This document shows, one piece after another, positions 52,973 through 64,000 of a stretch of DNA of 64,000 nucleotides. The DNA is from Octopus vulgaris (lineage: Eukaryota). Numbering within the stretch: position 1 is the first letter of the stretch; every line of letters starts with the position of its first letter. The notes beneath the pieces were generated by a model that worked only from the letters and a program-made list of their open reading frames with translations, was not told where the DNA came from and searched no databases. Location: positions 92,814,001 to 92,878,000 of the forward strand of contig OX597819.1 of assembly GCA_951406725.2 (NCBI GenBank), in the 5' to 3' direction. Made by a program: the position numbers and the translations under genes.

Positions 52973-55335
52973 ATTTAAGAAATGTTCCTATCGTTATTTC
53001 TACTTTAAGTATTCTAGCGATCATTTTACTGCTTGTTCATCCATGGACCAGACTGACCATCAGTGATCACAACTAAACATATAAAAGAACCATTGATTTT
53101 GCCATAGAATACATGAAAATAATTTTCAATGTTTACATGTTTTTCTTCTCGAATCAAAATGAGGGCTTTTGCCTTCTGTACGTACAATCATTTAAAGGTT
53201 GATACACATACTCAGTTCTCTAAAAGAGAATATGGCGAAATAAACATTGTATAGCTATTAAACAGACCCTGTACTGGCTCATGTAAGCAGTTTCATTTTT
53301 GAGGATGTAAAAATATTTTCGAAAATTTCGCAATAATATCGTTCGATTTCATTTTCATTCGATAGAAACTTCAATCAAACATTAATTCGATAAATTAGTT
53401 TTCTATTGGATTGTTGCCACTGATCCTTTTTTTAAAAAACAGATCAGCCATTATTTTGAATAATTATCTTTTCTGTTACTCCTTACATTGAAATAATTGT
53501 TTTTCAGTCAATTGCTACTTCGATCAATTGTTTTTCCAAAATCTGTCAAAGAGTGGCATTCGTAATTTTCAAGAGCAAATTAAGATAATATTAGTCCTAG
53601 CCTAATTTGCAATAGTTATCTACTCCTCATTGCGTGAATATTATTAATTCAAGAAATTTTATCACCGCAACATCAAATATTATTGTCCAAAGTTGGCTAT
53701 TATAATTCATACGGTTGGCGTCCCTGGGAAAATTGTCAACAACACTTACAAGCTGCCTTAAGCTAATTGCTGAATTATAGCTTAGATTTAATTGATACTT
53801 CCGTGACATAAATGTATTCATAAAAAAATTTATTGCTGCTTTTTATTAGTAGGCGGTTGTGCAAACTGCTTTCTATGGATGGATGAAAGAACTGAATATT
53901 CAACGATAAATAGGAAGAATTAATTTTGCTCATCTATTCGAATACAATCTATTATCAAAGTTATATATTGTTACAATACACAGAGCAGTAGCAATTTCAA
54001 TGTGTAAGAATGTGCCTCTTTTGTGCGATTGAAACCTCGTAAGACAATACATCAGTGCTATGGACATTGAATTAAACAATGTCTACGAAAGTGGATTTTA
54101 CAGTTGATGCAATAAATTCTGAGTTATTTGCAATTCTCCTCACGCAGAGCTGAAACTGAAGACATTCAACACTAAGAAAAAGGCCAAACGAATTTCCATC
54201 TATGATTTAGTTAGTATTCTAAATACAAAATCATTTCACGTGACGAACACGTTTGTGTTTCGTGAAATGATTGACTTTGTTTTCAAAGGAAAGCGAGAGA
54301 GATAAAGAAGAACGAACGGGAACATATAACCGTTAATGCTTCTGCTGATAAATTAGACCGACATAAAAATTCTGTATGAATACTGGCTTCACTGAATTAA
54401 TATTAAAGGATACGAGAAGATATTTCACTGGAAATAGCGTTTTAGAAAAGGAAACACTGTATACTAAAGCACTAAGTTGTGTTTAAAGTTTATAGCGCCC
54501 ATTGCGGTAAACCGTAACGAGAGAGTTCTATAATTATATTTCTTTCATAAATAATTTTATTCTTACTTCACTGTATCTATATCGTATTTAAGCAGCAACA
54601 CTAGTTATATGTATTAAGGACATATTTACAGTAAAAAGAGGTTCATGCATCTATTCAAAATCGGGTAAAAATATATATTACATATATTCAAAAGTGTATC
54701 GGGGGTATGAAAAGAATAAGATAACGTAATAGTGTGAAGTTGATTGAAGCGTTCATAAAGATAGGAAGCTCAGTGCATTCAATAGCAGTATGATTAATGT
54801 CTTGTGAGGAAACGTCTATGATACACTCCCGGCCAGATAAAAATTCGAGCCTGTCTCAATTCGTAAATTCGCAATGCAAGGCAGGACAAATCTTTAGAAA
54901 TATTTTTGGATCGTTACCCTTTGAACGACAGATCGAGAAAGTAATTTTTTGTAACTAAACACTTTCAAACTTCGGGCACTGGTAAAATGTGTCATATAAA
55001 ACATCTTTTACTCCTAGTGTTGTTGAGAAAAGTTTGTATTTTCAAAGTTATTTCGTGTTAAAGTTGTCGTATTTCGGTAATTTCAACCAATCAGTGACGT
55101 GTATTCAGCTGAATAAAATTACTGCCGTTGTTTGTCAACAACAACTACCGGCAGTGTACCGGCTGTTTAACGTAATAGTAACGATATATATATATATATA
55201 TAAATGTATGTATATGTATGTATATATATGTGTATCTAATTTATATATGTTATATATATATATATATATTTATATTGTGAAATTTGATTTAATACTAAAT
55301 TGAATTTTTCCATGCAAGTTTGGAGCTATATTCTC

Positions 55336-55393
<58 letters not shown>

Positions 55394-56237
55394 GTTATTA
55401 TTACACACACACACACACACACATATCAGCTCACTTGTACGGTCTCTCATGAATGTTACTGGCAACATGGAATCCAGATACAGCTTGTTGCATGATCGGG
55501 TCGTCGGAAACTAAATCGGAAACGCCTACTAGGCTTGCACGTATTCAGCACGGTGATTTGGGTAAATATCATGTTACAGCCTTAGGCTGACCAGTGCCTT
55601 GTGAGTGAATTTAGTGAATGGAAAGTATGTGAAAGCCCATCGTATACACACATATGAGTGTGCATACGTATCTATGCGTATGTGAGCCTTTGGATTTTTG
55701 TTTGTCCCCACACCTTCGGCTGACAATTAGTGATGCTTTGTGTACTTCCCTGCAACATAGCGGTTCGGTTCAATCTATTCTATTAAATCATTTAAAGCAG
55801 TGCTCCAGCATGTCTCCAGTTCTGTGAGTAAAACAACTAAAATATGAAAGTGAATAGATAACGAATATAAGTTTTGTCCGGTCGTAAAATAACAACAGAA
55901 ATAAAATAAAAAAACACGAATACAATGGAAGAAAAAGAGGAGAAAGTAAAGGAAAGAACAGTAGAAGCGGCACATATAATAACACAAACGAAACAAACAA
56001 AAAAAAACAGTGAATGGGACAGATAAGAAAGACTTGAGAAAGTAAAGACATGCAATCCATATTACTGCCTCAATGTTACAGCACAACAATTCTTATTGAA
56101 GCGAAACAATGGAAATAGAGTATGAATGACCTATTTCTAAATATACAAAAATGATTTGTTATCACAAAACAATAAACTGATACATGTGCATACATACATA
56201 CATACATACATACATACCCCCCCCCCCACACACACAC

Positions 56238-56275
<38 letters not shown>

Positions 56276-56429
56276 GTTCTTCCTGTTGACAATACATTTT
56301 TGATGATGAACTTGTACTAGTTGCAACATGATGGCCGGTGAATTACACAGTCACAAAATATCGCGTGCATCTATATCTATATCCGATTCATATATATATA
56401 TATGTACATACATGAAGCGGCTAACAATA

Positions 56430-57245
56430 AGCGCAGGTATGGCTATGAGATAAGAATTTTTCTTGCCAACCAAATGATTCTGATTTCACTATCTCTGCAT
56501 GGCATCTTGAGCAATTGTTTTCTATGATCTCGAACCAACCAAAGCTATGTGAGTGGATTTGGTTGACGGAAATTGAAAGAAGCCCGTCAACAGTTAAAAC
56601 CCTCCAAAATCATGCATCTCTCACTATATAGCAAATCTACAGTAGTCCCATTTGTAAAACAACAAATAGGGGGGTAGATATCCCACTATCAGCTGATTTC
56701 ATTTTCTGTGCCAAAGACTCTCCAAGCTCATCACCTTGGCTTACTACGTAAACTATCTTAAAAAATATATTTACCATTCCGTGTGCATTTGTCAGCTGAA
56801 GACCCCGAGACTTCCAAACGAACATTAGCGAGCAAATATAAATTCAAAATTCAGAAAAGTTATCATTATCTTTTTAAAGATTATGATAAAGTGCCCAGCA
56901 AACAACCAAATAGGCAAAATATGCAAAATATGTATTGAAAGTTAGAGTAAAATATGCACCTGTTTGCTAGAAAGAAATTTAAAATTCTCCAAAGCCACGC
57001 ATCTCTCACTATATGTAAGCACGCATGTGTGTGTGTGTCTTAGTGTGCATCTTTGTGCTTGTACCCCGCTCCGGCTTGGAAACTAGCGCTGATGTGTTTA
57101 CGTCCCCCGTAACCCTAGCAGTTGGATAAAACAGACGAATAGAATCTTGCCAAGATTTAAAGAATTAAGGACAGGATTCGATTCGCACGACTACACTTTT
57201 TCAGGATGATGCCGCAGCATGTCTAATGACTAAAACAAATAAAAG
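56430..57245 (+). mobile_element. Old SINE of the 13397 family split by a roughly 420-bp insert (56589-57008)
   Basis: 5' half ends gaaagaagcccgtc at 56588; 3' half resumes at about 57010 through tgactaaaacaaataaaag. Confidence 0.6.
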
Positions 57246-57399
57246 ATGTGTGTGTATGTATGTGTGAGTGTATGTTTGTGTTAATTTCATATAAATACGC
57301 ATTCATTCAGAGACACACAAACAAAGACGGATACGTACATACATTTATATCAATAAATACATAAATACATGCATACATATATATATTTATATTTATATT

Positions 57400-57456
<57 letters not shown>

Positions 57457-57545
57457 ATACATATATAAATATATGTATGTAGATGAACAGCAACGAGAAA
57501 CTCAGAGTAACAGATTTTGTTGAATTTTCTGCTGCTTAAAATAAA

Positions 57546-57589
<44 letters not shown>

Positions 57590-57745
57590 ATGTATATACA
57601 TGTATATATATGTACGTATATATTTATGTATGTATGTTTATATACATATATATGTTCTCTCATTCTTTATTTTTTTTCAGTCATTTGACCGCGGAGATGC
57701 TGGAGCACCGCTCTGAAAAATATATGCATGTGTATATATATATGC

Positions 57746-57771
<26 letters not shown>

Positions 57772-57776
<5 letters not shown>

Positions 57777-60700
57777 CCAACGAACAACCCCTCGAACTTG
57801 TTATTAAACTATGGAAAGATGAATGTGAAAAGGAAGAACGAACCTCCCTTAAACGCTGGGAAAACAACAAAGATTTCTTCCTCAACTATGAAACACAATT
57901 CATATTAAACCATAAATCCAAAAACCCATTCATAAAAGTACCCAAAAGACAGACTTCCACTGTACCCCATAAACACCACCCCAAACCGCACCTCAAATAC
58001 ACATACTCTCCAAACCCCCTCCTAACAGGACACAACCTCCCCCAACCATATAAAAAACCTTTTCCTCCCCGAAACATCTCAAACAAGACCCACCACAAAA
58101 CCTGGTTTTCCAGTCACTCTAACACCCCTCCCCCACCGACAAGAACCATCAAGAACCTCCCAAACACTAGGAATTACCCCCCCTCAATGCTCCCCTCCCT
58201 CACACTAATAACAAACAAGGCATCCTACCCACACCGATACATATAATACCCACCCAACGAACCCCTTATAGTCCACCCATCCAACAACCACATTCCGACC
58301 ACATTTCCTACAGATCTCCAAACCCTCACATCCCACACGAACCCAATCACCACAACTACATACCCCCCTACATCCCCCCATACAATCTACCATACACACA
58401 CCCACAAATCCATCGCATTTCTCACAAAACCTTACACCATCGCATCCCATACTAACATAAATACTACAACTACCTACCCCCTCCAACCTCCCCACCCAAA
58501 AACACTCCTACACATACAACCAAAACTTTAACAGACAATACACCCCTTACCTCAACAACCATTTTTTAGACAGAGGGGGAAAAATACAAACACCACCGCT
58601 AACACAGACCCGAAATAAGAAAACAAAAATTATAAACCTCTCCAGCAAAACACTGACACCAACCCAAATCAACATCCTAGTAAGAGGTTTGAAATTCACA
58701 CCCACCCCAAGAACACCTAACCCCCCCTTAGGTCAAGGATGACGTTTCTGAATTCTGCAGAAAACTTCGTCTAACAGAAGCCTTGTCAGATATCAACAAT
58801 GGGGACGATTCATTGATCAGAAATAAAAGCAACTTCCTACCATCAAAAGGGAGAAATAAAACACTGGACGATTTTTGCAAACACATCCAGAGTCTCCCCT
58901 TTACCCCAAGCAAAACCAAGGTAAAATCCAATTTCAGTAAGGAAGAATGGAAAAACCTACGTGACATACAACTGGATAAAAACCTTACCATTAAAGAAGC
59001 TGATAAAGGGAGCGCTGTGGTCCTTATGGACACGGAATTTTATAAACACCTAGTGCTTTCCATGCTTAACAATAACATTTTCTATGAGGTTATTAACAAC
59101 TATAAACAGCAAAAAACAATCAGAAAACTCACCACACTCATACGCCAACACGGTCAGGGACTCACAGAAAAAGAAAGGGATTATATCACCAATTTCAAAT
59201 ACAAGCCCAGCCTTTTTTATGGCCTTCCTAAAATCCATAAAAACAAATACATCACCGAAGCCTGCAAACTCTCCACTGACATCCACATCAACATCAAAGC
59301 ACCGGAGGACCTAAAACTAAGGCCCATCGTGGCTGGCACCTCCTGTGAAACACACTGCCTGAGTAATTTCCTAGACATCCTTTTGAAACCTTTCCTTACC
59401 CACATCAAAAGTTTCATTAGGGATGATCTGGACATGCTCAAACACCTCCCGAAAACAGTTAACGAGGAGGCGCTCCTGGTATCCTTTGATGTCATCAACC
59501 TCTACACCAACATCCCACATGAATATGGTATATAGGCAATTGACTTCTGGCTAGAAAAACACCCAGAGACATTCCCTGACCGCATTAACAAGACTTTTAT
59601 TACATAATCTCTCAAGTTCATTCTGACCAACAATTTTTTTCTCTTCGACGACACACACTACCGTCAAAAATGTGGTATTGCGATGGGTACCAAGGCTGCA
59701 CCAGTCCTTGCGAACCTCATAATGGGTTTCTTCGAACTATCACTCTATGAAATATCACGCCAGAAATTTGGACATGTTTTCCACACCTACCTAAAGGAAA
59801 ACTGGAAAAGGTATTTGGATGATTGCTTCATCATATGGAAAGAACCTTATGAAAAACTCCTGGAATTCAAAACCATACTAAACAACATACATCCCAACAT
59901 CCAATTCACTATGGAATTAAGCAAATATCATCTACCATTCCTTGATCTCCTAATTATAAAAACACCTAAGAACCAAATCATAACAGACATCTACCACAAA
60001 CCCACAGACTCACAACAATACCTCCTCTTTAGTTCATGCCACCCAAAACACACCAAGACAAATATCCCTTTCAATTTGGTTAAAAGGGTATGCACCATTG
60101 TCTCGGATCCAAAAACACGAGAAATACGCCTTCAAGACCTCAAAAAAACACTATTACAACGCCAATATCTCTCCACCCTTATAGAGTATGGAATAAAACG
60201 CGCCAAAGGACTAGATAACATTACACTAAAAACTACCCAACCTAACACCACACACAACCTCAAAATACTTCCATACGTTTCCACCCACAACCCCAAAAAT
60301 ATCGAAGCATACACCACAATCATACAAAACCTCAGTCTACTGTCAACAGACCCCAAAATGAAAAACATTATAAATACACACAAAATCCTCAAATGTAAAA
60401 GGCAACACAAATCTTTAAAAAACTCTTGACAAATGCCAAACTTCACACACCACATCCACCCCCAGCAGTAAAAAAATGTACACGCCCAAACTGTGGGACA
60501 TGCCCCCTCCTACTTGAAGGTTCGGAATTTACCTTCAAACAAGGTACGAAGTTTAAAATCAAGACTAACTTCTCCTGTTCCTCCGAGAACCTTATCTACG
60601 TTCTCACATGCGCTGGTTGCCAACATAATTATGTTGGACAAACGAGTCTCCCGTTACGTAAACGAGTAGCGGTGCATAAAGAACAAATAAATCTCCCGGA

Positions 60701-61617
60701 ATACCGACAAATTCCACTGAGTGGCCACATAGACTCATGCGCTAAAGGCTTAAACCCCAAATTCTATATATTCCCCTTCTACCAATGTAAAGATGGCATC
60801 ACCACACAGGAGAGAATTAACAAGGAGAATCTCTTTATTGAAAAATTCCAAACACAACTTAATATACAAACTCCTCGTTGATCAAACTTCCCTTTTCTAC
60901 CTCATTCTTCATGGATGGACTCACACAAATATATAAGGATACCATAGATTCATCACTTCAAGCAAAAACTTATACTCTTTAAATATCATTTTTACTATTG
61001 TTGTTATTACCATCATCTTTATTATTTATGATATAACAATCTGAAATGCAATTGTCTATGCAAATTTATATAATTAGAAAATAATATAAATAAAGTGTTA
61101 AAATCTGAAAGTTAAATTAACAAACAATTATATAAAAAAGATAATGCAAATGAAGCTAAAATGACAATTTTATTGAAGAACTCAAAAGAGTTGTCTCCCC
61201 TTATTCACAACACAGGAACTGAAGAACCACAATTACTACTACTTCCTGTTTTGCCAACATCCTAAATTAAACCAAATAACACATGGCCTTAATCCCATTG
61301 GATCCTAATACCTCAAGGTAATTTTTTCATGAACAATCATTAACCTCAAGATACACAACGAACACACAATGTATCGGATTACTTATTATTTAATTTTTAT
61401 ACATATTTACTACTATTATTCTTTTGCAAAAAACAATGCAACTTTTTTTCCCCTTTCTCATTTTTAAAAAACCTTTTCACCTAACTATTCTTGATAAGTC
61501 AAACTATGACGAAAACCGGTTTGAATAGATATATATTTATATATTTTTTCATTTTCTCAATTCATTAAAATTTTCTTTCAATCGAGCATTCTGCATTTTT
61601 ACAATTTTTCCTTGCTT
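57772..61617 (+). mobile_element. Near full-length Penelope-like retroelement (RT plus GIY-YIG), inactivated
   Basis: IINLS..RGLKFTPTP, KEADKGSAVV, YGLPKIHK, LRPIVAG, SFDVINLYTNIP, GIAMGTKAAP, RYLDDCF, LPFLD, DIYHKPTD, CTRPNCGTC, NLIYVLTCAGCQHNYVGQT; stops near 58729 and 59533, frameshift near 60420; bounded by (TA)n. Confidence 0.96.
61485..61528 (+). ncRNA. Minimal type I hammerhead with U3-A8 core variant
   Basis: ctattc-TTGATAA-gtca aacta tgac-GAAA-ACCGGT-TT-gaatag; perfect 6-bp stem I, 4-bp stem II, AACCGGTT palindrome. Confidence 0.75.
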
Positions 61618-61636
61618 ATATATATATGTATATATA

Positions 61637-62570
61637 GGGAGAGTTCACGAAAAAAACAAAACACGAAGACAGGTGGTGTAGAAAACAAGCAGATGTATTT
61701 GTATAACGCTTTTACGTTTCGAGCCTACGCTCTTCTACAGAAAGTGACACATAAAAAAACAAGGAAACAAGGAGAGAAAAAAAATGTGTGTAGTGGCTAC
61801 CGATCTATCATGGCGACTGCCGGACAGAAGGGTCACACAGGAGAGCGAAGAAGTAGAGGAGATAACAAAGTAAAGTTGACCCCAGAATGAAGGTCCGTGC
61901 GTGTATAAGAGAGTGCGTGTGAAAGAGGGCTGGTGGTCTTAACGTGTGCGTGTGTGTATGTGTAGGTGTGAAAATGTGGGAATTGGAATTGGTCAGTGCT
62001 GGTGTTTGGGTGGTGTGTTGTGATATGATGAGTAGTGTGGTGTGGTGTGGTGTGATGTTGTTGGGAGGTGGGGGAGGCGAGAGTGGGGAAAGCACGGGTG
62101 GGTGTTGGTTAGGCTGAGGGTTGGGGTGGAGTTGGTGTATGTGGGTAGGCAGAGGGTGGGATATGTGGTAGAGTGTGTAAGGAATGGGATGGAGTGCGAT
62201 AGGATAGGAAGGATAGGGAAGGTGGAGTAGGAATGTGTAGGGCTGAGGTGGGTTTATGGCGGAGGGTTGAAGATGAAGGTGGAAGGGAAAGGTGGGTATG
62301 TAGGAACAGAGAAAGAGAGTAAAAGAGAAGAGAGAAGATAGAAAGAGAGTAAGAGAGAAAGAGAGAGTGAGAGAGTAAGATAGAAAGAAAGAGAGTAAGA
62401 GAGAAGAGAGAAAGAGAATAAGAGATAAGAGAGTAGAGAGAAAGAGAGTAGAGAGAAAGTGAGTAGGGTTGAAGAGAAGTAGGAATGGAGAGAAGTAGGA
62501 GTCGGAGCAAGAGAGGATAGGTGGGTGGGAGGAAGTAGGAGGGAGAGGGAGGGTGGCAAGGGGAGGAAGT
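61637..62570 (-). mobile_element. Non-coding PLE-type element with long pyrimidine-rich body and hammerhead terminus
   Basis: Terminus matches 4950-5133; CT-rich and CA-rich body with no real ORF; tail-to-tail with the 57772 PLE across a short (TA)n. Confidence 0.65.
61709..61744 (-). ncRNA. Minimal hammerhead motif, CUGUAGA core
   Basis: Minus strand: cttt-CTGTAGA-A-GAGC gtag GCTC-GAAA-CG-TA-aaag. Confidence 0.68.
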
Positions 62571-62763
62571 TTTCCATTTGTGTCTTTCGTCTTTTCATAT
62601 TCCATGTACTCGTACTTCGTATTTTTTGCTGTACACGTTTCGTGCCCACATATGCATATATATGTATACGTATAAATCTATGCACATATAGGTATGCATA
62701 TATTCATATATATATTGTTATATATATTATTCATATATATATATTACGAATATTATATATTAC

Positions 62764-62816
<53 letters not shown>

Positions 62817-63711
62817 ACATTTAAATATGATTTTACTCTAGTCATAACACTCAGAAAGGCATTAGAACGCAAACTGGTGATAAATACTGAAGTGAAACGA
62901 AAAGCAAAACAAAATTATTGTTTTGGAAATTTTGTTTTCATTAAGATATGTTAGCTTTAAGATCGCAGTCATAGGAAAATAAGAAAAGGGAGACTGGGTA
63001 TAGTTCTAAGATGTACAGGATACGGGGGCGGGTACGACACACGAACACTTATACAAGAATATTTGCCAATTGACACAGTGAAACGCTTCCTTTCTATAGT
63101 ATCTAACTTCATTGTATTTTAAACGAAAGAATAACTTATTTCGGCAGTGATCTACTTACTAATATTTCAAAATGTGACTTTGAAGTTCTCCATAATGTTC
63201 TAGGTATGTCCCTTTGTTTACTGATTGAATAATCATTTGTACGTTCTTTGTATTAAATTAACAATATTTTCAATATAAAATCCACCATATTTATTACACG
63301 CTACCTGGTACATATTGTCAAGCCATGAACACGTCCATATGGTTGATAGAGCGTTTAACGTTTGTTCAGATATTGTTGCGACGTGTGTCGGACTTCTAAG
63401 TAACAGGGAGACAGACAAAGAAACATCGGTTGTCAAGCAGGAAGGGCACGGATACAAATACAAACGCAGAGACAACCATTTACACGCGCGCCCAAACAGG
63501 CACATACGCAATCACACACACACAAATATATGTATGTATATATGTGTGTGTGTTGTATTCTTACCACAGATATCATCTCCTTTTTTAAGCTGCTTTAACT
63601 TGAAAGACATACGCATTCAGAGATACTCAAACAAAAACGGTTACGTACATACACATATATCGATAAATACATATAAATATATATATGTACGTATACATTT
63701 ATGTGAGTATG

Positions 63712-63791
<80 letters not shown>

Positions 63792-63884
63792 TAAGGGTAG
63801 AAATTGATATTTATCAATTAAAACCAGTGGTCTAGCATATTAAAAAAAGAATCTGAAGATTAAAATATTTATATATATACCAAT

Positions 63885-64000
63885 TAAGGACTGAACACGA
63901 AAAGTGGACAGTCAACATGCTAGATACAGACGTCAAGACAATGGCGATTTGACGTCTATATCTAGCATGTTGACTGTCCACTTTTCGTGTTCAGTCCTTA
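63885..64000. repeat. Near-perfect palindrome, 52-bp arms and 12-nt loop, cut by the window edge
   Basis: 63885-63936 vs 63949-64000, one mismatch. Confidence 0.95.

Noticed and set aside
57478-57512. GATGA..GAAACTCAGAGTA hammerhead-like fragment
   Set aside because: 5' core truncated and stem II does not pair
61808-62605. 265-aa L/S/F-rich ORF
   Set aside because: Product of CT-rich low-complexity sequence

Overview
AT-rich, microsatellite-dense animal genomic DNA. The SINE families and (TA)n/(CA)n/(GA)n density resemble an octopod cephalopod such as Octopus, which is an inference. I found no complete host gene; two splice-site-bounded candidate exons on the minus strand (9330-9153 and 4775-4382) may be the 5' end of a gene that runs off the left edge. 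The rest is transposon debris: R4/Dong, Tx1, RTE and CR1-like LINE fragments, Gypsy gag-protease and LTR remnants, DD37D maT, pogo/Tc2 and hAT elements, three non-autonomous Helitrons, many tRNA-derived SINEs, and at least five Penelope-like element (PLE) coding remnants, one nearly full length (57772-61617). The most striking signal is about eight minimal type I hammerhead ribozyme motifs from several distinct PLE-type termini, mostly 100-250 nt inside a (TA)n tract. Several have non-canonical cores (compensatory U3-A8, A6U, U4C, extra A after A9). Several termini sit in fold-back (inverted) structures, one with the ribozyme in the loop. Most ORFs in the supplied track are microsatellite artefacts.
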